Made by a program: the position numbers and the translations under genes. Positions 10,303 to 20,453 of a stretch of 64,000 nucleotides of DNA are shown piece after piece; the stretch's first letter is position 1, and each line of letters starts with the position of its first letter. The notes under the pieces were generated by a model. That model saw only the letters and a program-made list of their open reading frames with translations, was not told where the DNA came from and searched no databases. Source of the DNA: an uncultured delta proteobacterium. Lineage in GTDB: Bacteria > Desulfobacterota > RBG-13-43-22. The DNA is taken from the NCBI GenBank assembly GCA_963743305.1, contig CAVUPH010000013.1, positions 160,001-224,000 on the forward strand, written 5' to 3'.

Positions 10303-11898
10303 ATGCCTGTTAATGCTCCCTATACCCAAACCGGTCAGATCGCCAGGAAGTTTCAGCAGGCCGGTTTGGGACTGAAAGAGATGCTGTCCTTAATCGAGAT
10401 GACCTGGGAGGATAACCCCCAGGAATCTCCGCTGCTCCCTTCCAGTCAGGTCTTCGCGGATTTGGACCAACTGATCCGTCACACCGCCCAAGGCAGCCGG
10501 ATCAAGCGGTTTCGGGCGGTTGACCGGAAGCATCCCTTTCAGGCCTTCGAGGTCTATACGCGGGAAGGGGAGATTTTGGGGTACCTGAATATGCTTTACT
10601 TCCGGAAACCGGTTCCCTGTTATTACCTGGTTTACGTGGAAATCGACCATCCTTTCCGGGGTCAGGGCCTGGGAGGTCGGATCGTTGAAGCCTTCAAGGA
10701 GCTGGTGGAGAGCAAGGGCGCTCTGGGTTTACTCGACAACATCATTCCTCCCGATGATCCTACCTTTGATCTCTACACCAAGTTGGGCTGGAAACCCGTG
10801 GAGGCCTTTACCGGGACGATGGTGGGTCAACCCTCGGGACACTATCTGTTCTATCGTCCCGCTTCGATGAAGGTCAACAATCTGACCGAAAAACTGCCCA
10901 AGCTGCTTTTCAATCTCCAGAAGAAACGGCCGGTCATTGAGATGCGGGATAATGAGGAGATGGTCAAAAGGACCATTCGGGAATTCAACCAGATCTACCT
11001 GGCTTTGGAAAAACTGTTTCAGGAGGAACTTCGCCAAGGCCAGAGTACCCCCTTGATGCGATTTATGTTTACCAAATTCACCACCCGATTTTTGCATTTT
11101 CGCCGAAAAATTCAGGACCTGCTGGGCTATACGGGGGGTGAGTCTCTGGAGCAAATTGCTTTTTCCGATTCGGTCAAAGGGTTGGTCATCCAGGCGTACA
11201 GTTTTAACTGGGAACCGGGTCTTACGGTCAAGTCTTTTACCGAAGCGTCTCTCTGGAACAGGCTCCCGGAAGAGATTCGAAAAAATCCCACCCGGGCCAT
11301 CGAAGGACTTCCCTTGTACTGCCGGCCGTACCTGCGGGAATGGCTTCGAAAAACAGGCCGAAAGGAACCTCTGACCCTGACCATCGGCGATTTGCTGGAC
11401 CTGGGTTTTGACCCCACCCGACTTCGGGAAATCGTCCTCCAGGAAGAAGTTTTCATGTTGGAAAGAGTCACGCCGTTGTTGTTCGCTGAAACCGAGGCTC
11501 GGGAGGCCGTCTTGAGAAAGGCGGGTCAGAAGGCCTCAAACTCCCGGATCCATGGTTCGCGGCTGCTGGTCAATCCCCCCCTGTTATGGATTAAGGAGCG
11601 GGGCAACGGCTATATTCTCAGAAAAAAGATTCCGGGTATCCACGCCGAAGAGGCCTTGTCGCAACTGCGAAGTCGGGAAGCCTTAAAAGATCTGAACCGG
11701 CAATTGCGGGTGGATAAAACCATTGAGCGGACCATCGGCGCGGTTCAGGACTTTTTAAAGTCCCACCTCCGGCTACCGGCCCTTTTGGCCCCGGCCGATT
11801 TAGCGGTTTTTGTCCCCTGGGATTTGCAGAGTAATCGACCGCTGGTCGCGATCGATGACCGGCTGCAGCCCTACCTGGAACAAGTCTGGCTGGCATGA
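10303..11898 (+). CDS. GNAT-domain protein with long uncharacterised C-terminal region
   Basis: Acetyl-CoA-binding motif A VEIDHPFRGQGLG and LYTKLGW; 531 aa. Confidence 0.8.
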   Translation: MPVNAPYTQTGQIARKFQQAGLGLKEMLSLIEMTWEDNPQESPLLPSSQVFADLDQLIRHTAQGSRIKRFRAVDRKHPFQAFEVYTREGEILGYLNMLYFRKPVPCYYLVYVEIDHPFRGQGLGGRIVEAFKELVESKGALGLLDNIIPPDDPTFDLYTKLGWKPVEAFTGTMVGQPSGHYLFYRPASMKVNNLTEKLPKLLFNLQKKRPVIEMRDNEEMVKRTIREFNQIYLALEKLFQEELRQGQSTPLMRFMFTKFTTRFLHFRRKIQDLLGYTGGESLEQIAFSDSVKGLVIQAYSFNWEPGLTVKSFTEASLWNRLPEEIRKNPTRAIEGLPLYCRPYLREWLRKTGRKEPLTLTIGDLLDLGFDPTRLREIVLQEEVFMLERVTPLLFAETEAREAVLRKAGQKASNSRIHGSRLLVNPPLLWIKERGNGYILRKKIPGIHAEEALSQLRSREALKDLNRQLRVDKTIERTIGAVQDFLKSHLRLPALLAPADLAVFVPWDLQSNRPLVAIDDRLQPYLEQVWLA

Positions 11899-11991
11899 GA
11901 TCAATGATTAAAAATCAATTGTCAATTATTAGCGGTGTTCAATTCAATCTTCGTATTAAACGCCCAAGAAGAAAGCAGTCCTTAAAATGGC

Positions 11992-12020
11992 TTGACAGTC
12001 GAAGAGGGGTTTATTAGTAT
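11992..12020 (+). promoter_or_regulatory. Putative sigma70 promoter for tadA-tRNA-Ser
   Basis: TTGACA-17 nt-TAGTAT. Confidence 0.5.
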
Positions 12021-12063
12021 AAAAAATTTACAAATTAAGCCGTCGCGGGAGAAGGCTGAGGGG

Positions 12064-12531
12064 TTGGGATCCGAGGGCCGGTGGTTCTGGGAACGTCTGA
12101 TGGGCGAGGCCCTGGATCAGGCTCGGGAGGCTGCCCGGCTGGAGGAAGTCCCGATAGGCGCCATCCTGGTAGGCAACGGAGGTGAACGGCTGGCCGCCGC
12201 TTCCAATCATCCCCGGGGACTGGCGGACCCCACGGCCCACGCTGAGATAATCGTTTTGCGCCGAGCGGCCCGGGAACTTGATAATTACCGGCTTCCCGGG
12301 ACCACTTTAGTCGTAACGGTTGAACCCTGTCTGATGTGTGCCGGGGCCCTGATTCAGGCCCGGGTAGCCCGGATCGTTTTTGGGGCCTTTGATCCGAAAG
12401 CCGGGGCCTTGGGTTCTTTGTATGATCTATCCTTGGATCAGCGGTTAAATCATCGCCTGGAGGTGATCCCGGGAATTCGGGAAGCCGAGTGTCGTGAGCT
12501 GATTCAGGGTTTTTTTAAGACGCGAAGATAA
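12064..12531 (+). CDS. tadA: tRNA adenosine(34) deaminase
   Basis: EVPIGA, DPTAHAE, TVEPCLMCAGA, DPKAGALGS, LNH; start uncertain (TTG 12064 or ATG 12100). Confidence 0.93.
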   Translation: MGSEGRWFWERLMGEALDQAREAARLEEVPIGAILVGNGGERLAAASNHPRGLADPTAHAEIIVLRRAARELDNYRLPGTTLVVTVEPCLMCAGALIQARVARIVFGAFDPKAGALGSLYDLSLDQRLNHRLEVIPGIREAECRELIQGFFKTRR

Positions 12532-12536
12532 AAACC

Positions 12537-12630
<94 letters not shown>

Positions 12631-12666
12631 AAATAGCCGAAAATGTTTTGTTAGTTTCAATCGAAC

Positions 12667-12760
12667 GGAGAGATGCCCGAGCTGGCTGAAGGGGCACGAC
12701 TGGAAATCGTGTGTACGCCCAAAAGGTGTACCGAGGGTTCGAATCCCTCTCTCTCCGCCA
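12667..12760 (+). tRNA. tRNA-Ser (GGA)
   Basis: GGAGAGA acceptor, CACGA-CTGGAAA-TCGTG anticodon arm, long variable arm, GGTTCGAATCC, CCA. Confidence 0.96.
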
Positions 12761-12789
12761 ACCAAATTTACTAAAATAATTGATAATTG

Positions 12790-12822
12790 ATAATTAACAA
12801 TTAACGGTTAATTGTTAATTAT
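12790..12822. repeat. AT-rich perfect inverted repeat (16-bp arms, 1-nt spacer)
   Basis: ataattaacaattaac-g-gttaattgttaattat. Confidence 0.8.
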
Positions 12823-12876
12823 TAAAAGCATGACCCGGAAACCTCCCTTTCATCCCTTTTTTCTATCGGATTCACC

Positions 12877-14586
12877 ATGTCTTATCTGGTCTTAGCTCGG
12901 AAATTCCGCCCCCAGGTTTTCGAAGAGGTCATCGGGCAGCCTCATGTAACCCGGACGCTGCAGAATGCCCTCAAAACCGGCCGAGTGGCCCATGCCTATT
13001 TGTTCAGCGGACCCCGGGGGGTGGGCAAAACCTCGGTGGCCCGTATTCTAGCTAAAGCCTTAAACTGCCAGGAAGGGCCGGGCCCCAATCCCTGCAACCA
13101 CTGCCCTTCCTGCCGGGAAATCACCCAGGGGGGCAACCTGGATGTTTTTGAAATTGATGGGGCCTCCAACCGGGGGATTGACGATATCCGGGAATTGCGA
13201 GAAAATATTCGTTACTTGCCGGCCCGGGGGCGCTATAAAATCTATATTGTCGATGAAGTGCACATGCTGACCAAGGAGGCCTTTAACGCGCTGCTAAAAA
13301 CGCTGGAGGAACCTCCCGATCAGGCAATATTTATTTTCGCCACCACCGAACTCAACAATGTCCCGCTGACTATTTATTCCCGCTGTCAGTCTTTTCATTT
13401 TCGCCGTATTTCTCCGGAAGCCATGGTTAAGCATTTGGTCCGGCTGGTGGAGCAAGAGCAGATTGCCTATCGGGAAGAGGCCCTGCGCCTGATTGCCCGT
13501 CAGGCCGAGGGCAGCATCCGGGATTCGTTGAGCCTGCTGGATCAAATTCTTTCTTTCTCACCGGGGGAGATCAACGAGGCGATCATCCAGGAGATTCTGG
13601 GCCTGGTGGATCGGCGTCTGCTCCTGGACCTGGGCCAGGCTGTTCTCGGCGGGGATCTGAAAAAGATCATGGCCTTGGTGGGTGAGGTCTACGAATACGG
13701 CTATGACCTGAAAGTCTTTTTCAAGGACCTGGTGGACGTTTTTCGCAACCTGCTTTTGGTCAAAATGGGGCAGGAAGAGGGGCCGCTCTTGGATCTTTCC
13801 ACCGGGGAAATCGGCGAGTTAAAGGACTTGAGTGCCCCGGTTTCCCTGGATTATCTTCAAGACGGCCTGCATTTTCTAATCCAGTCGGAGGGCGAATTGC
13901 GGAAAACCGGGCAGCCCCGTTTGGCCCTGGAGATGATTCTGTTGCGTCTGGCCCGGTTGCAAGAAGTGATCCCCATCGATGCGCTGCTTCAGAAGCTCGA
14001 GCAATTGGAGCAGGGAACTCGGGGAGGGGAATCGCCGGGTTTTAATTCTCCTGAGAGGCCGGCCGCCGATTCATCACTCAGAGAGGAACGACAGGAATAT
14101 CGCCAACCCCAACGCCAGGACGCCGCCCAAAGGCCGCCCATTTTAGAGGCCCCGGTTTCCGCCCCGCCCGAGCCTGATCCGGGTCCCGGCCTCCGGGCCG
14201 GCGGAATAAACCCGGAACGTCTGCTGGAGCATATCCGCAGGGAAAATTTACCCTTGGCAACTTATTTAGCCCAGGGAAAACTTCGAATCCTTGAAGACCA
14301 GACCCTGGAATGGGACTTTGAGGACAATGCCTTTCATTTGGAATTGATGGAAGGGAATGGAAACAAAAAGCGGCTGGAAGAAATATGTCAGGCCTTTTGC
14401 GGTAAGAAGGTCAGGATTCGCCTGCTGGGGCGGGCTAAAAACGCTCTCAAAGGAAAACAATCGACACCGACCCAGCAGACCCAAAAAAAACGGAAGGTGA
14501 TCAAGGAAACCCTGGAACAACCCCCGATCCGCGATATCCTGGATATATTTCAAGCCGAAGTGATTGACGTCAAGATCCCCGATTAG
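12877..14586 (+). CDS. dnaX: DNA polymerase III subunit gamma/tau
   Basis: LARKFRP, GPRGVGKTS Walker A, zinc cysteines, EIDGASNRG, DEVHML, NALLKTLEEPP, SRC. Confidence 0.97.
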   Translation: MSYLVLARKFRPQVFEEVIGQPHVTRTLQNALKTGRVAHAYLFSGPRGVGKTSVARILAKALNCQEGPGPNPCNHCPSCREITQGGNLDVFEIDGASNRGIDDIRELRENIRYLPARGRYKIYIVDEVHMLTKEAFNALLKTLEEPPDQAIFIFATTELNNVPLTIYSRCQSFHFRRISPEAMVKHLVRLVEQEQIAYREEALRLIARQAEGSIRDSLSLLDQILSFSPGEINEAIIQEILGLVDRRLLLDLGQAVLGGDLKKIMALVGEVYEYGYDLKVFFKDLVDVFRNLLLVKMGQEEGPLLDLSTGEIGELKDLSAPVSLDYLQDGLHFLIQSEGELRKTGQPRLALEMILLRLARLQEVIPIDALLQKLEQLEQGTRGGESPGFNSPERPAADSSLREERQEYRQPQRQDAAQRPPILEAPVSAPPEPDPGPGLRAGGINPERLLEHIRRENLPLATYLAQGKLRILEDQTLEWDFEDNAFHLELMEGNGNKKRLEEICQAFCGKKVRIRLLGRAKNALKGKQSTPTQQTQKKRKVIKETLEQPPIRDILDIFQAEVIDVKIPD

Positions 14587-14643
14587 ATTTTTACATCCAT
14601 TGTTCTGAGAATTGGTCTTTAACAATGGATGTAAAAATCTAAT
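14582..14643. repeat. Perfect 23-bp inverted repeat at the dnaX 3' end (bidirectional terminator or MITE-like scar)
   Basis: attagatttttacatccattgtt-16 nt-aacaatggatgtaaaaatctaat. Confidence 0.8.
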
Positions 14644-14690
14644 ATAAAAAAACTATTTTCTTGTTAGTTTTTCCCCTCTCCTTTCCCCTG

Positions 14691-15404
14691 TCAAACGTTC
14701 TCAGTCTCCAGATAAGGGATCAATCGTTTTTTCATGTCTTCGCGAAGTTTCCGAAAAAGGCTTTTCCAGCCGACGCCGAAGGTGGACAAGGTCAGGGGAT
14801 CGGTGTAGGGCAGGTGGACCCGGTTGCCGTAAGCCGGATAAAAGGCACACATCCGGTCGGCATCGGAGCAAAGGGTGATGACCCGATCAAAGGTCAAGCC
14901 GGTAAAGAGATCCAGATGTTTGGTAGGCTGCCGGGCGGCATCGATCCCGATTTCCTTCAAGGCCTTGACGACCAGGGGACTGATTCCGGCCGGCAAAAAT
15001 CCAGCGGAAAAGGCGGCCCAGCGGCCCTTAAGAAAATGATTGACCAGGGCCTCGGCCATCTGGGAACGCACCGCATTGCCGGTGCAAATGAAAAGGACTG
15101 TTTTCAGTCCGGCGGCCTGGGCGATTTTAAATTTCAGTAGTTGCCCATCCGGTACCCCGGTCCCGGTTTTATAAATCCGACAGCCGGAGGCGACGGTTCG
15201 GGCGCTTTCCGGTTCCAGATCCTGGCCATCAAGGCGAATGGTCGGCGATCCGGGGAAAGCCTCTGCTTCGGCCTGGCCCGGGTCGGATACCTCTATTTCT
15301 CTGGGGGACAGGTTCAATCCCAGGGAATGAAGTATTTCCCGAAGGAGATCCCGGACCTTTTGCAGGTTCGGACAGCCCGGGGTGTAGAGCAGTTCCAGAC
15401 GCAT
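14691..15404 (-). CDS. arsC: LMW-PTPase-type arsenate reductase fused to an N-terminal thioredoxin-like domain
   Basis: C-terminal FICTGNAVRSQMAE P-loop, SAG, TLCSDADRMC, DP; N-terminal YTPGCPN...FPGSPTIRLDG...GCRIY. Confidence 0.8.
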   Translation of the reverse strand: MRLELLYTPGCPNLQKVRDLLREILHSLGLNLSPREIEVSDPGQAEAEAFPGSPTIRLDGQDLEPESARTVASGCRIYKTGTGVPDGQLLKFKIAQAAGLKTVLFICTGNAVRSQMAEALVNHFLKGRWAAFSAGFLPAGISPLVVKALKEIGIDAARQPTKHLDLFTGLTFDRVITLCSDADRMCAFYPAYGNRVHLPYTDPLTLSTFGVGWKSLFRKLREDMKKRLIPYLETENV

Positions 15405-15406
15405 AC

Positions 15407-16450
15407 CTACCTTTCCTTTGGCTTAAGAGGGCGGCCTGCTGACCGCCACCAGCTTATCCCTATCATTACTAGGGCCGCGCCTCCCAGGCTGTATTCAAAA
15501 ATCTGGGACAACAAGTGCATGGCAAAGGAAATAAATATCCCTTGCGAGGCCTCAATTCCCTGACCGGCTAGCACCCCCCCCAGGATTCCCTCATACAGCC
15601 CAAATCCGGCAACCCCGCTGACCGGCAGGCTGGCGGCCACCTCTGAGGCCATAATCCCTAACATCACTCCCAGGAAGGGCAGCGAGACAGGCACGGTCAG
15701 CAGGGCCTCCATGACTGCGTATAAAAGCAAATAAAGCAGGGTATATTTGATGGTCCTCAGGACTAAAGAAAGGCCCAACAGCGGCCAGAAGAGACGGGTT
15801 CGGCGCAGGGCCAGGAAAGAACGGCTGACCTTCATCAGTTCCTGGGCGATTTTCTCAGCCCAACTATGTTTTTTGGGGAAGGAAGTGCTCCGTAAATCAA
15901 TCCAACGGGACAAGCCTCGGAATAAGGGTTCCAGAAGGGCGATAACGAAAATCCCCCCCACCGTTATGACCATCCCCAGACCCCATAAGGCGGGATGGAC
16001 GGGGGCTCCCCTGCAGGCGTCCACCAGCAGGACGACGGCCATCAGAGGACCCAGGGTCAGCAGATCAAAGAGGGCGGCATAGGTGAAGGAAGAAAAACAG
16101 GAGGCGAAGTCAAGGGCAAAAACCCGGTTCAAAATAACCAGATAGGAAAGAGACCCGGTCCGGGCCGGCAGGAAATCCACCAGCATATTGCGAACCATGG
16201 TAACCAGGGTCATCTGGCCGAAGCCGGGGACTATAGAAGGCGCAGCCCCTTTGATGAGCAGATGGTAGCGCCAAGTCCTTAATAACAGACCGACTCCATA
16301 GAGGCCGACAAATATCTCTAATAGCTCTATCCTGATCCGGGTCAGGAGATTGAACCATTGCTCAGTGGTGTTCCGGGAAAGGATCAGGTAAAAGAGGAGG
16401 CCCGTGATGCCAAAGGACAGGGCCAGGAATAGCTTCTTCTTACCCATCAT
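15407..16450 (-). CDS. Lysylphosphatidylglycerol synthase TM / UPF0104 flippase-like membrane protein
   Basis: LRTWRY, DFLPARTG, LPVSGVAGFGLYE motifs; multiple TM helices. Confidence 0.78.
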   Translation of the reverse strand: MMGKKKLFLALSFGITGLLFYLILSRNTTEQWFNLLTRIRIELLEIFVGLYGVGLLLRTWRYHLLIKGAAPSIVPGFGQMTLVTMVRNMLVDFLPARTGSLSYLVILNRVFALDFASCFSSFTYAALFDLLTLGPLMAVVLLVDACRGAPVHPALWGLGMVITVGGIFVIALLEPLFRGLSRWIDLRSTSFPKKHSWAEKIAQELMKVSRSFLALRRTRLFWPLLGLSLVLRTIKYTLLYLLLYAVMEALLTVPVSLPFLGVMLGIMASEVAASLPVSGVAGFGLYEGILGGVLAGQGIEASQGIFISFAMHLLSQIFEYSLGGAALVMIGISWWRSAGRPLKPKER

Positions 16451-16597
16451 CCGAGCTAAGGTAACATAGCCGGATGGAAATAACAATCAGAAACTATAGC
16501 GATCCCAATAGGTTAAATAAAGTTTAAAAAAATCTATTGATAGACTTTAAAGAAATCATTAATATTTCCGATAATTTTTTTTGGGAGATCAGTAGAC

Positions 16598-17174
16598 ATG
16601 AAAAGATTATGGTGTCTGGTGGGTATTTTGACTTGCTTCACCCTTTCCTGCAGCAGCAGCGGGAGCAGCAGCGGGAGCGGGGGGAATATTATGGGCAGCA
16701 GCACAACCTATAAAAAGGAAGACTTGGCCGGGACCTGGAATTACCTGGCGAGACAGCAGGGAGGTTCGAACAGTTGCAGCGGCACGATGACCTTCGATCA
16801 GAATCTCCACCTGACCGGAATCAGCAACAGTTGCTGCACTAGGGGTCAGATGATTAGCAGCGATATGGAATTTTGGATCTGGGACTATGGGTTCGTCAAG
16901 GGGCGCAATTACGCCTGGTGTTCCGATCCGAGCATGCTCATGAAGTATGCCATGAACTTCCAGGGGTTGGATAAAAGAAGACCTCGCCGGGTTGCTGGAT
17001 GTCCATGTAAGCCATCAGGACGGCGACCCCTATACCCGTTTTGATATCACCATGACCAGCCAGGCTCCGGTACCCGTAACTCCTCCCCCGATTGATCCGG
17101 GAATCAACCCCGCGCTACAAGGCAAAAAGCCGGTCCGGACAGCCGGTCTGTCGACGGTCCCTTCGAAAAAGTAG
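16598..17174 (+). CDS. Putative lipoprotein, split by a frameshift near 16975
   Basis: Lipobox FTLSC, Ser/Gly linker, DLAGTW; coding continues in another frame (KEDLAGLLDVHV...RFDITMT, Pro-rich tail) to stop 17174. Confidence 0.6.
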
Positions 17175-17180
17175 CGGAAG

Positions 17181-20100
17181 TCAGGCCGGAATTACCCGGC
17201 GGAGATCCGGGTTTTTTCCTCCTGAACCCTGCACAGTAAAATTCCTGAACCAGGTTACCGAATCCGCTTTTGTCCAGAGACCGGGATGCCCTTTTAAGGG
17301 GGTGGCCGTCTCATAGGTCAAAATCGGATCTTCATCCAGATACCCCGTTATGGCCCGACCGTTTATTTTCACCTTCAAGGCGTACCAGCGATCGGATTCG
17401 ATTTTCTTTGGACTCGCCGCCCGATTAAACCGTCGGTGATTTTCATATTCAAAAAGAACCAGATTGTCCTCCAGGGCGTTCAGACGCCAGACAAAATAAT
17501 TGCCGAGGCTTCGAAGGCCGAAGGCGATTCCCCCGGCCCGATCGATATGGCCGCCGGTAGCGATCACTTCCACCTGAATCGTCCCTTCTTCCAGCTCAGT
17601 GTCTCTGGCTATAATCAAGGGGAAATAGTAGTAAGCTTCCATCCGGTCTAAAAAATCCTGGAGCCGGGGACCCGTCACTTTTCCCAGCAGTTTGGCCAGT
17701 CCGGTGGAAATTCGGAATCCGGCTCGGCTGCCGTCCTGGAGAATCGCCGGGACCCCTTCGAATTCCTTCTCCTCCCAATTACCCTCTTGAATATAAAAAC
17801 CGGGGAGTTGGTCCTGCCGGTCGCGGGAAAGAAAATCGTAGTCCCCCTGGAAAAAGCGATCGGCCAGGCGTTCCACCTCTTCGGGTCGGTTCAGGGCCAT
17901 GTCCAGCAGGCGGGTAGAGGCCAGTAGCCGGCCCAGTTGGTCCAGTTTGGCTTCGAGAGGTTTCCGGTCAAACCCGGTCAGGGCGGCCTCCAGGAGGTCA
18001 CCCTGGACCGATACTTCGAAACCCAGCCGTTTCAGGACCAGGTCAAGAAAGAGGACCCGGAGCGACCGGCCGAGAAAATTACCGGCTCCCCCGGAAAACC
18101 GCAGGGAAATGTAATTCTGACTTCCCTGGTCCCCGCAGAGCGTATCCAAATTGGCAAAATGGTAGCCGAAGCGGGCGCTAAGGTTCAAATAATCTTTGGA
18201 CAGAAAGGCGTAACTCTCTCCGCCGGGGACCTCGCCGAACTCGGAGGTGGCGCTGGAGGCCATGAGGCTGAGAAAGCTCTTGGGGTCGAATTGAATGGTC
18301 CCTTTCCAGGTGATGCCGGGATGGGTGAAGCCTTTCCAGAGGGCCTTCATCGGTACGGACTCGATGTGGTCGGGCACGACTGTTTCGCAATCGGTCAACC
18401 CGAATTTCAATCCGCCGCCCAGGTCAATCAGGTTGAGGATCAGGGGGATTCCGGTCTTCAGCCTTACGGAGATGGTGTGATTATCGAGGGAGTCTCCCAA
18501 CCCGAACATTTCTTTCATGGCCAGTTCGTGGGTGAAGCGGATCAGGTCATGGATGGTCCGGCAGCCCTGCGGGGAGAAGGACGGGGACTGGGGATCGGTC
18601 AGTGAGAGGGGTGAGATAGTATCCAAGAGGTCCCGCAGCCTTCGGCTGACCGGGCTGTCCAAAAAAGGCCGGCCGGCCAAAGTCCTGAGAGACGGCCGGG
18701 CCTCATCCAATCCCTCGTAGACGGTCGCCGAGTCGGCATCCAGGGTAACCGGGGTCCCCTGGGGGATGGTTGTGGAGGCTCCCCTGGCCCCCACGATCAA
18801 AGGGATGGCGAATTCCCGGGCTACCGAGGCCAGATGGCTGGTAACACTTCCCATTTCCGTGACCAGGCCGTTGACCCGCCCGGCCAGGCGGGCATATTTC
18901 GGGGAAGCGGTCGGGGCCACGAGGATAACCCCCTCTGGAATGGAGGACAGTTCGTCCTCCCCTTTAAGGACCCAGGCCGGGCCGGTCGCCACCCCGGGAG
19001 AAGCGGTTCTGGCCGCCGGAAAAAATGACCGGCAGATCAGGTGTGGCCTCGGGGGCCAGGGTTTTTTCCCCGGATTCCAGGAAATGGAGCGGCCGGGACT
19101 GGAGTAGGAATAGTTTTCCCTCGAGATCCTGGGCCCACTCCACATCCTGGGGGCGCCCGAAAAATGTTTCCAGCCGCAACCCGTAGTCCGCCAGGCGCAA
19201 CACCGTTTCATCCGTCAGGGCCGGTTGTTCCCATTCGGTTTCTGGGACTTCCTCAATCCCGGTTCCGCCCTCCGGAAGTCCCACCAGACGCCGCTTTTTC
19301 CGGGAAATGGTCCGGGATACTACCGTCCGCTTTTGACGGTCCACTCCGAAGGAATCCGGCACCGTCTGCCCGCTGACCAGTTCCTCCCCCAGGCCCCAGA
19401 CAGCAGACACCTCCAGCCGATCGGCCTCCGGATCGGAAAGGTCCCTGGTGTACATCACCCCGCTGGATTTCGGGCGAACCATGACCAACCCGGCCACGGC
19501 CATGGGCAGATCTGCATCTTCCAGACCCCGCTGCCAGCGGTACCAGATGGCTCGAGGAGAATATTTACCGGCCAGAACGGTTTTATAGGCCTCCAGGAGG
19601 TTGTCCCGACGGACGTTCAGCACCGTGGTAAATTGACCGGCAAAGCTGGCTTCCGTGTCCTCTCCAATGGCGCTGCTCCGCATGGATATTGAAACGTTCG
19701 GCTCGGTCCGATTTTCCAGGGAGCCATAGGCCTGGAGAATCGCCGAGGCAAGGGCGGCCGGCATTGGGCTGTTCCGGATTTTGTCCTGCAGGGTCAGGCT
19801 GACGGCATCCAGATCGGCGGCATCCTCCGGATCCAGGTGGAAAAGCTTTTCTGTTATCGTGGCTTCCAGGCCGTTTTCCGACAGGAAATAACGGGCCCCG
19901 TCGGCCGTTACGGCAAACCCGTCCGGGACCGGCAGGCCCAGTTCCTTTTTTATAAGCCCCAGGTTTCCGGCTTTCGCCCCGACCAGCCCGAGTTGGTCGG
20001 CGTCGATCTCATCCAGGGAGAGGATATAAACGTCAGCCGAAGAAACCCGGGGAAGGGCCAGCGGTTTTTCGACTTCTCCCCTGATCCGGTTGAAAACCGC

Positions 20101-20379
20101 TTCCAGGTCGGTGAATCTATCCCCGACCAGTTCTTGGAAGGTCTGCAGCAAGCCCTCCGCCGCGGTTAACAGGGCCTGGGCCTTTTCCCGGACTCTGGCC
20201 GAGGTAAAGGGGCGGCCGCTGAAGTGCATCTGTTCCAACTCGGCCAGCAGGCCGAGGGAGGTATGATTGAAGTCCAGGAATTCCTTGAACCGGCGGTAGC
20301 GATCCACCTGGCGGCCGTCCTGATTGACCAGCAGGGTGCAGACATCCGGTTTGGAAAAAAATTTGAAAAGATTTTTCAT
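17181..20379 (-). CDS. PEP/pyruvate-binding (PPDK_N) + phosphohistidine swivel domain protein with C-terminal DUF1080-like domain; one frameshift near 19011
   Basis: GAKAGNLG, VPDGFAVT, RSSAIGED..ASFAGQF, SGVMYT, QDVEWA, LLQSRP; after the shift TASPGVATG, GSVTSHLASVARE, VTLDA; C-terminal GGIAF..YFVWRLNALEDN..GLWTKADS. Confidence 0.8.
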
Positions 20380-20453
20380 GTCTTATTCTTCCAGTGATGG
20401 AAACCCAGTCATTCCGATTTCATTCCGGTATGTTCAGGATGTATCTAAGTGAT

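Noticed and set aside
12877-14586. Programmed -1 frameshift in dnaX
   Set aside because: No AAAAAAG slippery site with downstream hairpin seen at the expected position; the A-run near 14483 is too close to the C-terminus to be convincing
16651-16684. cagcagcgggag tandem repeat
   Set aside because: Encodes an ordinary Ser/Gly lipoprotein linker
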